From positions 1 through 41,371 of the forward strand of contig JAGLID010000067.1 in assembly GCA_023143145.1 (NCBI GenBank): a stretch of DNA of 41,371 nt, written 5' to 3'. Position 1 is the first letter of the stretch. The number at the start of each line of letters is the position of its first letter. The position numbers and the translations under genes were made by a program. Of the stretch, positions 1 through 7,688 are shown piece by piece. Origin of the DNA: Minisyncoccota bacterium. GTDB taxonomy: Bacteria > Patescibacteriota > Minisyncoccia > JAHIHE01 > JAGLIN01. The notes beneath the pieces are model-generated. The model saw nothing but the letters and a program-made list of their open reading frames with translations, had not been told where the DNA came from and did not search any database.

Positions 1-1281
1 GAGGCTTCGGGGTTTGAATTCACCGATCCAGATAGTCGATTGACTAATTCTGAGGTTATGATGTTAACTTTCATAATGGATAAAGATGGCACGTCAAGAG
101 ATATAGTAGAAGGGTTAAATCTTAAAGTAACGGTTATTCGGAAATCCGTTAAAATGCTGAAAGATTCTAACCTAATCTATATTGGCAGTGATGAACTCCT
201 AAGAGCAAATTTTGAGAAGGTCTTATCGTTATATCCGTGGCTCGGAAGCAAGGTGATTCAAGACATAATTTTACAAAAACTTGAATCTGGGGATCATCTG
301 AATTTTGCACCGTCTGTGCAGAGAATATTATGTCTTCTTAGTAGTCATCCTGAGGGTTTGCACAGTCGTGAATTCCTTAAGATTTTGGGCTTAGTATCTG
401 CTGGATTTGTTTATCCAAAAAAGATATTGACTGAATTGGATATAATTGAAGTTACAATTATAGGAGGGCAGAGAGACGGGTATCGTATTTTGCCAAAATT
501 TGAAATAAATCAGGTGAGAAGCAATGACCCAGTCTTAGAGAGAAAATCAATAGAATCTACTACAACAGAAATACAAAAAACTCCGCTAGGACCAATTATT
601 CCAGCGCTAAAAGAAGCGTTGGACGAAGTTAAAGCCCCGGTTGATACACCTGAAGGATTTAATATAAAAGATCTGACAAGTGTAGTGAATAGGATTAAAC
701 ATTTTTCAGAAATACAAGTACCGCATATTTCGAGTAAGTTTAGTACTGGTAAGGATAAACTTTTTGTTTTGTTGGATGTGATTAATAAGATAGTCAAGAT
801 TGAGGTTGCATTTGAAGGTAAAACAGTGATGACATCGTGGAAGTCAGATACTTTTATGAAAATCGATCTGGATGGTTTAGTTATTCGCAAAAAATCCATA
901 TTAACGGATGAGCAAGTAGCAGAAGCAGAACTTCCAGTTGTTCCTGTCGAGGTGAGCTTTTCAATTGATGAGAGAGATGAAGAACAGCTAGCAGAAGGAA
1001 AAAGACTGCGGGAGATAGACAGAATCAAGAAAGGAATGAACAGTTTAGATTTACCTATGCCTTATCGGATAGTTATGGAAATCCTATTGGAGGCAGAGGA
1101 ATTCCAAGTGGAAAGGAAGGCATTAATTAGTGCTGCAATAGAGAAAGGGTTAAGATATGCACAGATTAAAGCCAACTTTGGAGGTTTGGCTAACTTAAAA
1201 TATGTGCTTAAGAGAAGTGGTACTTCTCCTACTGCTATGTATTTAAATGTTGAGGTAATAATGAAAAACGTAAAATATTAA
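1..1281 (+). CDS. hypothetical protein with three winged-helix-like repeats; 5' end probably outside the window
   Basis: The ORF track starts at TTG 40, but the same frame is open back to base 1 (gag gct tcg ggg ttt gaa ttc acc gat cca gat agt cga ttg...). The gene is therefore probably truncated by the window edge. Three segments look like wHTH/MarR-type modules (LTFIMDKDGTSRDIVEGLNLKVTVIRKSVKMLKDSNLI; VQRILCLLSSHPEGLHSREFLKILGL; PYRIVMEILLEAEEFQVERKALISAAIEKGL). No family recognised. Confidence 0.55.
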   Translation, partial: EASGFEFTDPDSRLTNSEVMMLTFIMDKDGTSRDIVEGLNLKVTVIRKSVKMLKDSNLIYIGSDELLRANFEKVLSLYPWLGSKVIQDIILQKLESGDHLNFAPSVQRILCLLSSHPEGLHSREFLKILGLVSAGFVYPKKILTELDIIEVTIIGGQRDGYRILPKFEINQVRSNDPVLERKSIESTTTEIQKTPLGPIIPALKEALDEVKAPVDTPEGFNIKDLTSVVNRIKHFSEIQVPHISSKFSTGKDKLFVLLDVINKIVKIEVAFEGKTVMTSWKSDTFMKIDLDGLVIRKKSILTDEQVAEAELPVVPVEVSFSIDERDEEQLAEGKRLREIDRIKKGMNSLDLPMPYRIVMEILLEAEEFQVERKALISAAIEKGLRYAQIKANFGGLANLKYVLKRSGTSPTAMYLNVEVIMKNVKY

Positions 1282-1303
1282 GAGGTTCACTCCTCTTTTT
1301 TTT
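1281..1303 (+). terminator. putative intrinsic terminator
   Basis: AGAGG-ttcact-CCTCT followed by a T8 run, overlapping the stop codon of the first ORF. The stem is short (5 bp). Confidence 0.45.
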
Positions 1304-1347
1304 CCGATAAATTTGATTTTTAGTTATTTTCAAGTATAATAGAAAGT

Positions 1348-2484
1348 ATGATAAATGAAATATTGATAAATATCGTTGCGATTGTTGCAGTTTTAACTGT
1401 CTTGTTTTTTTTGTTAAAAAAGCCGATTAATAAGTATTTGTCGAAGTTGGGAGAGGTATTGAGTGAAAAGAATTTAAAAATGATTGAAGAGAGAAACAGA
1501 GAAATTCTCAAAGAAGAAAGGGAAAGAATCGGTGAAATGAATGATGAGAAAATGAAACGAAATGAGCAGTATATGGAAGGCAAAAAAGATGCTATCAAGG
1601 AAATGGTAGACAAGATTGATTTGGAATTGAGAGAATCACAAAAGAAAATCGAAAATACTGAAAAAGAAAGAATTGGGGAGTTTTCAAAAATGAAGACGAT
1701 TCTTGAGGAGCATAAAATTATTACTGGAGAGTTGAGGAACTCAACGGATAATTTGAAAAAGATTCTTTCTAATAATCAACAAAGAGGAAAATATGGAGAA
1801 GAAGTGGCAGAAAATATTTTGAAAATGTTGGGGTTTGTAAAAGATTTAGATTATACAGTGAACCTCAGGCAAGACACCAATGCCAATCGACCAGATATTA
1901 CAATCAAGTTGCCAGACAAGACAAAAATTAATATCGATGTGAAATTTCCCTATTCAGCTTTGCAAAAACTTCAAGAAGTTGATGACGAGCTGGAAAAGAA
2001 GAAATATCTTGATCGGTTCAAAATTGATGTTAAGCAGAAAATCAAACAAGTGACGAGTCGTGATTATATTAATTCAGAGGAGCGGACGCTTGATTTTGTT
2101 ATTATGTTTGTTCCTAACGAGAGCATTTTTAGTTTTATCTGTGACAAGTTAAACGATGTTACAAGCGAAGCTCTTGAAAAAAAAGTAATTATTACTGGTC
2201 CATTCTCTTTTGCAGCAATTGCCAGAATGATAAAGCAGTCTTATAATAATTTCAAAATTCAAGAAGATCTGCATCGCGTCGTAAATCTCATTGGAAAGTT
2301 TAAGCAGGAATTTTCAAAATATAGCGATGAATTTGATAGACTGGGTGACAGGATAAATTCAATGTCTAAACAATATGATAGTTTGGCAACTACAAGAACA
2401 AGACAGTTGACCAAAGTTATTGATCAGATTAGCGAAGAGAATAAAATTGTCGGTGATGATGAGAAAAAGAAATTAACAGGGTAA
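1348..2484 (+). CDS. rmuC: DNA recombination protein RmuC
   Basis: 378 aa with an N-terminal TM helix and a long charged coiled coil. The C-terminal core carries DFVIMFVPNESIF and ITGPFSFAAIARMIKQ, typical of the RmuC family. Confidence 0.85.
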   Translation: MINEILINIVAIVAVLTVLFFLLKKPINKYLSKLGEVLSEKNLKMIEERNREILKEERERIGEMNDEKMKRNEQYMEGKKDAIKEMVDKIDLELRESQKKIENTEKERIGEFSKMKTILEEHKIITGELRNSTDNLKKILSNNQQRGKYGEEVAENILKMLGFVKDLDYTVNLRQDTNANRPDITIKLPDKTKINIDVKFPYSALQKLQEVDDELEKKKYLDRFKIDVKQKIKQVTSRDYINSEERTLDFVIMFVPNESIFSFICDKLNDVTSEALEKKVIITGPFSFAAIARMIKQSYNNFKIQEDLHRVVNLIGKFKQEFSKYSDEFDRLGDRINSMSKQYDSLATTRTRQLTKVIDQISEENKIVGDDEKKKLTG

Positions 2485-2493
2485 AAACCTTTT

Positions 2494-3036
2494 ATGAAAT
2501 ATTGGAAAACGATAAAATCAAAGATTGCCTATGACTGCAAATATTTTAAAATCATAGAAGAAGATTTTGTCGTGCCTTGTGGGAAAAAACATAAATGGCA
2601 TGTCCTTGATACAAATGATTATGTTGTTGTGATAGCAAGAGAAAATAATTATTTTTATTTAATTGAACAATACCGATATACAACACGGTCAAGATTACTA
2701 CAGGTTGTTGCAGGTGCTATTGAAAAAAATGATACTCCTTTACAATCTGCGAAGAAAGAATTAAAAGAAGAGGCAGGGATAAAGGCAAAAAAATTTAAAA
2801 AACTCGGGTGGTACTATGCTTTTTATGGATGTTCAAATCAAAAAGCATATGTTTATTTGGCAGAAGAGTTGGAAATTGGAGAACAGGCTCCAGATTATTT
2901 TGAAAAAGAATGTGGAATAAAAAGAAGAAAATTAAAAATTTCAGAAATAGAAAAAATGATAAAATTTGGAAAAATTCAAGATCACGACACGCTTTCAGCT
3001 CTTTGTTTTTTTATGTTAAAATGTAATAATAAGTAA
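2494..3036 (+). CDS. Nudix hydrolase (ADP-ribose pyrophosphatase-like)
   Basis: Nudix box GAIEKNDTPLQSAKKELKEEAGI (Gx5[D/E]x7[K/R]ELxEEAGI). 180 aa. Confidence 0.85.
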   Translation: MKYWKTIKSKIAYDCKYFKIIEEDFVVPCGKKHKWHVLDTNDYVVVIARENNYFYLIEQYRYTTRSRLLQVVAGAIEKNDTPLQSAKKELKEEAGIKAKKFKKLGWYYAFYGCSNQKAYVYLAEELEIGEQAPDYFEKECGIKRRKLKISEIEKMIKFGKIQDHDTLSALCFFMLKCNNK

Positions 3037-3060
3037 TAATTAATAAACTAAATTAAAAAA

Positions 3061-3390
3061 ATGGGAATTAAAAATTCATTCAGAAAAGTTGTTGCCAAAG
3101 GTGCTATGAAAGTTGCCAAAACCAAGATTGGTAAAAAGGTGATGGACAAGGCAATGAAAAAGGAACTTGAAAAAATGCCAGAAGGACAAAGGGAAATGGC
3201 TAGAAAGGCAATGGAAGCAATGCAAGATATGAGCGTTGCGGAGCAAGAGCAAATTACAGAAAAAATGAAAAAACTTTTAGGTGGAAAAGAAAATCCAAGT
3301 GCAGGAGAGATGATGGGTATTATGAGAAAGATGACTCCAGATCAAAGAAAGGAATACGAAACAATGGCCAGAAAATTAATGGGAATGTAA
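3061..3390 (+). CDS. small Met/Lys-rich soluble protein, unknown function
   Basis: 109-aa ORF in a tight + strand gene string. It has no TM segment, and I count 17 Met in 109 residues. No family recognised. Confidence 0.5.
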   Translation: MGIKNSFRKVVAKGAMKVAKTKIGKKVMDKAMKKELEKMPEGQREMARKAMEAMQDMSVAEQEQITEKMKKLLGGKENPSAGEMMGIMRKMTPDQRKEYETMARKLMGM

Positions 3391-3429
3391 GACTAGCTTA
3401 TAATTGAAGACTGATAATTTATAACTTGT

Positions 3430-3912
3430 ATGAATAAAACGAAAGACTTTGTTGTTATATGTGATGGCCTTCGGAGTTTACATAATGTAGGCTCTGTTTT
3501 TCGAACTTCAGATGGTGTGGGAATGAGCAAAATTTATCTATGTGGCATCACGGGAATGCCGGATACTCAAAAACATGAAAGGCAAATTTCAAAAGTTGCC
3601 CTTGGAGCACAGAATTATATTCCTTGGGAATATGCAAAGCAGTCTTGGAGAGTTGTTGAAAAACTGAAAAAGGAAGGATATCAAATTGTTTCGCTTGAGC
3701 AAACCGAGAACAGTATTTTGTATACAAAATTCAAACCGAAATTTCCTCTGGCTTTTGTCATTGGCAACGAAAACAAAGGAGTAAAAAAATCAGTTTTAAG
3801 CAGGTCAGACGTGGTGATTGAAATTCCAATGACTGGCACAAAAAAATCTCTCAACGTTTCTGTTGCTTTCGGAATTGCTGCTTATTGGATTAGTGGGTTT
3901 AATCGAAAATGA
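3430..3912 (+). CDS. SpoU/TrmH-family RNA 2'-O-methyltransferase
   Basis: SPOUT motifs LHNVGSVFRTSDGVG, FVIGNENKGV and IPMTGTKKSLNVSVAFGIA. 160 aa, ends at TGA. Confidence 0.85.
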   Translation: MNKTKDFVVICDGLRSLHNVGSVFRTSDGVGMSKIYLCGITGMPDTQKHERQISKVALGAQNYIPWEYAKQSWRVVEKLKKEGYQIVSLEQTENSILYTKFKPKFPLAFVIGNENKGVKKSVLSRSDVVIEIPMTGTKKSLNVSVAFGIAAYWISGFNRK

Positions 3913-3941
3913 AATATTCTTTTATAAATTAATTTATTTTT

Positions 3942-4532
3942 ATGAAAATTAAAAATGTCGTAAATTTTATTTTTGAAATTAATCATCTTAAAAAACAAGC
4001 TCGTAGTGGTTTTCAATTCGCTGGCATCAAATATCCTGATACTGTAGCTGAACACATGTTGAGATCAGCTCAAATTGGTTATATTCTGGCCGTGATGGAA
4101 GGAAACAAGAACCCCGAAAAAATAGCTTGTATGTTGATGATTCATGATAATGCGGAGACAAGAATTGGTGATCAGCATAAAATTACTGCAAGATATATTT
4201 CCAAAAAAGAAGCTGAAGGAGAAGTTTTCGAAGATCAGATTCGTTTATTAGACGAAAAAATACAAAATAAATGGAAAATATATTTTGACGAATATGAAAG
4301 CAGGAACACTCAAGAAGGAGTTATCGCGAAAGATGCTGATTGGCTAGAGATGGCTTTTCAGGCAAAAGAATATTTTGATATGGGAATTACTGCGGCGACA
4401 GATTGGATAGATAATGTTGAAAAAGCAGTTGAAACAAAATCAGCAAAAAAGATAATGAAGGAAATGAGGGAAACACAGTTCACTGATTGGTGGAAGGATT
4501 TGAAAAAAATGACTTACGAGAAATTACAATAA
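3942..4532 (+). CDS. HD-domain phosphohydrolase (YfbR-like 5'-nucleotidase type)
   Basis: VAEHMLRSAQIGY ... MLMIHDNAETRIGD ... AKDADWLEMAFQAKEY. This is the H...HD...D metal-ligand pattern of the HD superfamily. Confidence 0.8.
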   Translation: MKIKNVVNFIFEINHLKKQARSGFQFAGIKYPDTVAEHMLRSAQIGYILAVMEGNKNPEKIACMLMIHDNAETRIGDQHKITARYISKKEAEGEVFEDQIRLLDEKIQNKWKIYFDEYESRNTQEGVIAKDADWLEMAFQAKEYFDMGITAATDWIDNVEKAVETKSAKKIMKEMRETQFTDWWKDLKKMTYEKLQ

Positions 4533-4537
4533 TAGAT

Positions 4538-5251
4538 ATGAATAAAAATGATTCACAAAAAATTATCGAGAAAGTCAAAGATGATTATGACTTGATTGCC
4601 AAAGAGTGGGATTTGAGTCGGAATCGAGTTTCGGGGTTGAAAAAAACTTTAATGGTGGATATTAAAGATGGCGACAAGGTCCTTGATCTTGGTTGTGGAA
4701 ATGCTTTGATGCTTTCATCTGTTTTAGAAAAAAGCGTTTTTTATGTTGGTTTGGATATCTCAGGGAAAATGATTGAAATTGTCAAAGAAAAATATAAAAA
4801 AGAGATTGAACAAGGGAACGTAAGTTTTTTTGTCGGACAAGTCACAGAGCTTTCATTTCAAGATGAAGAATTTGATTTTGTGATGAGCTTCGCGGTCCTT
4901 CATCATATTCCGTCGAAAGAACTTCAAGGGAAATATTTTCAAGAAGTAAAAAGAATTTGTAAAAGAAATGCGAAAGTGAAGATTTCAGTTTGGAATCTTT
5001 TGAGTGAGTGGCCTAATAATCGTTTTCATATTGAAGATCAATTGGCTGGAGAAAAAAGTGGCGCGACAATCGTACCTTGGAAAGCGACCTCTGGCAAAAT
5101 TGTTGATCGATACATCTATCAATTTTCAGAAGAAGATCTTTTTTTTCTGGCAGAAAAGGCAGGTTTTAGGAATATTAAAATATATTATTCTAACCGGGGC
5201 GGGGAAAGAAAAGAAAATGCAGAAGAGCTGGTTTTGGAGATGGAGAAATAA
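4538..5251 (+). CDS. class I SAM-dependent methyltransferase
   Basis: Motif I VLDLGCGNA, with later FDFVMSFAVLHHIP. The ORF-track start (4487) overlaps the upstream gene. The in-frame ATG at 4538, 6 nt after the upstream stop, is the more likely start. Confidence 0.8.
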   Translation: MNKNDSQKIIEKVKDDYDLIAKEWDLSRNRVSGLKKTLMVDIKDGDKVLDLGCGNALMLSSVLEKSVFYVGLDISGKMIEIVKEKYKKEIEQGNVSFFVGQVTELSFQDEEFDFVMSFAVLHHIPSKELQGKYFQEVKRICKRNAKVKISVWNLLSEWPNNRFHIEDQLAGEKSGATIVPWKATSGKIVDRYIYQFSEEDLFFLAEKAGFRNIKIYYSNRGGERKENAEELVLEMEK

Positions 5252-5269
5252 AAAATATAATATAAGATT

Positions 5270-6022
5270 ATGAAAGAAATTGTAAATAATTTCGAAGAAG
5301 ATATCAGGATAAACGGTCCAGTTGAGATTAGGAATGAGGCTTTGCAAAAATTTCGAGAAGTAGTTGAGGAATATTATGTAAATAATAATGTTGATGCAGA
5401 TTTGATTGAGCAGCTTGCAAAGCATAACCAACAAGTAGAAGATTTTGTAAGAGATTATTCTGGTGAAGATAAGGAAAGCTTTGATGTAAAGGAAAGAGAA
5501 ATCGCAATTTTAGCAGCAATATTCCATGATATCACAAAAGTCTCAGGAGATTTTCTGGATCATGGTAAAGATGGTGGGAGAATTGCAGAGAAAATTTTGC
5601 AAGAGAATGGTGTTAGTTTTGAATTGGCTCATAGCGTAAGTTTGGCAATTGAGAGACATATGGGAGGGGAGGAAGGGTATCCAGGAAGAATGGCAAAGAA
5701 AGAATTTGGGAAGAAGTTTAAATATCCGATTTATAAAACTCGGGTTGCGCAGATGGTTTATGAATGTGATATTCTGACTCAGCTTACTCCAGAGGGGTTT
5801 GAGAAGATTTTGCTTTTGAGGGAGAACGATGAAGAAAACAGAATAGAAGATGAAAAGGTTGCCGAGGAAAAGAGAATCACAAGAAAGGAAGCCTCTATTC
5901 TTTCGGCTCTTCAAAGCGCAAAGGAATCATTAAGTTTTATTAAAATGAAATTTATTGAAGAAGATGCGAATAAATTTTGGGATGAAATGCAAAAAAAATA
6001 TCGAGATTTGATAGAGAAATAA
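5270..6022 (+). CDS. HD-domain protein
   Basis: LAAIFHDITK ... DHGKDGGRIAEKIL ... AIERHMGG. This is an HD/HDIG-like metal-binding pattern. 250 aa. Confidence 0.7.
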   Translation: MKEIVNNFEEDIRINGPVEIRNEALQKFREVVEEYYVNNNVDADLIEQLAKHNQQVEDFVRDYSGEDKESFDVKEREIAILAAIFHDITKVSGDFLDHGKDGGRIAEKILQENGVSFELAHSVSLAIERHMGGEEGYPGRMAKKEFGKKFKYPIYKTRVAQMVYECDILTQLTPEGFEKILLLRENDEENRIEDEKVAEEKRITRKEASILSALQSAKESLSFIKMKFIEEDANKFWDEMQKKYRDLIEK

Positions 6023-6157
6023 AAACTAAGGATAGAAATTTGATTTCTATATATTGCTAGATGTAAATTTTTGCCAAGAACAATATTTACTGTTAAGCTA
6101 AAGAAAAATGTTATTTGACAATTGAATAGTTTATTTTTAGAAAAAGGAGGATAAATA

Positions 6158-7618
6158 ATGTTATTTATAAAAGGAAGCACGATTAATGAAGAACTTGGTC
6201 TTAACATGAGAGGAATAATGAATGAAGAATGTGCTCTTGCAGCAGCAGTTGGTGTTTATAATCCCTCATTTATAGTTCATAAATGTCTTCTCGCTATGGA
6301 AAATAGGGGAGAAGCAGGTGTTGGTATAGTGAGTAGAAATGGAGATGAATTTTTCCAGGTAAAGAAAATTGGTTCTGTAAGCACGCAGTTTAATGATTTA
6401 AGGGAAGATGATTTTGCAAGAAAACTTCCTGGAAGAATTGCAATAGGTCATAATAGATATGCGACAAAGGGAAATGAGTCTCTTGATAATATTCAGCCAT
6501 TGGTAATAGAAAAATCAAAATATGGTCCATTCGCAATTACTCATAATGGAACATTCGTAAATACAAAAGAAATAGAAGGAGAACTAATAAATAATGGCGC
6601 AATATTCCAATCGACTACTGATACAGAATTATTTGCTCATCTCATTACGCATTCAGGTGAAGCAACAATGGAAAAAGCAATTGAATATGCTTTGAAAAGA
6701 ATAGAAACAACCTATGCGTTGCTTATAATGACGCAAGATAAATTATTTGCGATCAAAGACAGATATGGGGTTCGTCCTTTGAGTATTGCAAGATTCAAGA
6801 AGGGCTATTTGATCTGCTCAGAAGATCACGTTTTTAATAGCATACCTGGCGCAGAATTAATGTATGAAATCGAGCCTGGAGAAATGGTTATATTTTCAAA
6901 AGGGAAAAAGGGAATTAAGAGAAAGCAATATTCTAAATCAGACGAGCATTTTTGTATATTTGAGGCAATATATTTTTCCAATCCTCGTTCAAGATACGAA
7001 GGACATTATCACGAGGATTTTAGAATTGAGACAGGAATACAAATTGCTATTGAGATGAGAAAAAAAGGACTAGATATTCAAGGAGATTATGTCATACCTA
7101 TTCTTGACTCAGGAAAACATGCTGCAATTGGTCTTGCTGAAGAATTGGATATTAAATATAGGGAGTTTTTTCAAAGAACACATAGTTATGGAATTCTGCA
7201 ACAGAGATCTTTTACTGCTACAACTCTTCAAGAAAGAGAAAAAATAGTAAATTTAAAATTGAATCTAAGAGGAGATAAAATTAATGACAGAGATGTTATT
7301 ATCTTAGACGATTCAATTGTAAGATCCACAACGATGAAAATTTTAGTTAGAAAATTGAAAGAAGCGGGAGCGAAAAAGGTTACCGTTTGTATCGCCTCTC
7401 CTCCTATAATCAATATTTGTCCAAGTGGTATGGATTTTCAGGATACAAAGCAGTTGATTGCATATGAAAAAACAATCAAAGGAATAAGAAAAATAATTGG
7501 AGCTGACGAACTGGTATATCTTAGTCTGGATGGACTAAACCAAGTTATAGAAAGAACTTATAATTGCGGAATTTGCTCAGGATGTTTTGGAGGAAAATAT
7601 CCAATAGAGCCACAATAA
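6158..7618 (+). CDS. purF: amidophosphoribosyltransferase-like (class II glutamine amidotransferase + PRTase, Fe-S type)
   Basis: GGAGG lies 8 nt upstream of the ATG. Ntn-amidotransferase motifs are present: nucleophile Cys25 after a propeptide, IGHNRYATKG, NIQPL, ITHNGTFVN, STTDTELFAHLI. The PRPP loop is VIILDDSIVRSTTMK. Cysteines sit at the Fe-S positions of B. subtilis-type PurF (CIFEAIYF, CPSGMDF, CGICSGCFGGKYP). Confidence 0.8.
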   Translation: MLFIKGSTINEELGLNMRGIMNEECALAAAVGVYNPSFIVHKCLLAMENRGEAGVGIVSRNGDEFFQVKKIGSVSTQFNDLREDDFARKLPGRIAIGHNRYATKGNESLDNIQPLVIEKSKYGPFAITHNGTFVNTKEIEGELINNGAIFQSTTDTELFAHLITHSGEATMEKAIEYALKRIETTYALLIMTQDKLFAIKDRYGVRPLSIARFKKGYLICSEDHVFNSIPGAELMYEIEPGEMVIFSKGKKGIKRKQYSKSDEHFCIFEAIYFSNPRSRYEGHYHEDFRIETGIQIAIEMRKKGLDIQGDYVIPILDSGKHAAIGLAEELDIKYREFFQRTHSYGILQQRSFTATTLQEREKIVNLKLNLRGDKINDRDVIILDDSIVRSTTMKILVRKLKEAGAKKVTVCIASPPIINICPSGMDFQDTKQLIAYEKTIKGIRKIIGADELVYLSLDGLNQVIERTYNCGICSGCFGGKYPIEPQ

Positions 7619-7633
7619 ATTTATATAATATAT

Positions 7634-7667
7634 GCTCTTGATAAATTTTATCAAAGAGCTTTTTTTT
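7634..7667. terminator. intrinsic terminator between convergent purF and elp3
   Basis: GCTCTTGATAAA / TTTATCAaAGAGC stem (about 11 bp, one bulge) followed by T8 on the + strand. The - strand side is only A/T-rich, so bidirectional use is tentative. Confidence 0.6.
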
Positions 7668-7688
7668 GAAATTTAAATGTTTGTCTAT

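Noticed and set aside
1-39. GGGGTTTGAATTCACC at the window start superficially resembles a tRNA T-arm (GGTTCGAATCC).
   Set aside because: No 5-bp T-stem can be drawn. The segment is in frame with, and open into, the first ORF, so it is treated as coding sequence.
510-1613. Antisense or overlapping ORFs in the supplied track, for example 510..1028(-), 1320..1613(-) and 5004..5273(+). Others include 5126..5434(-), 5543..5914(-), 13372..13707(-), 14404..14772(-), 31760..32173(-), 34228..34617(-) and 39298..39636(-).
   Set aside because: Each lies inside a longer ORF that carries strong family motifs. Their translations are low-complexity (S/L/F/I/K-rich), and they lack an SD, promoter or terminator. 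They are typical shadow ORFs of AT-rich DNA.
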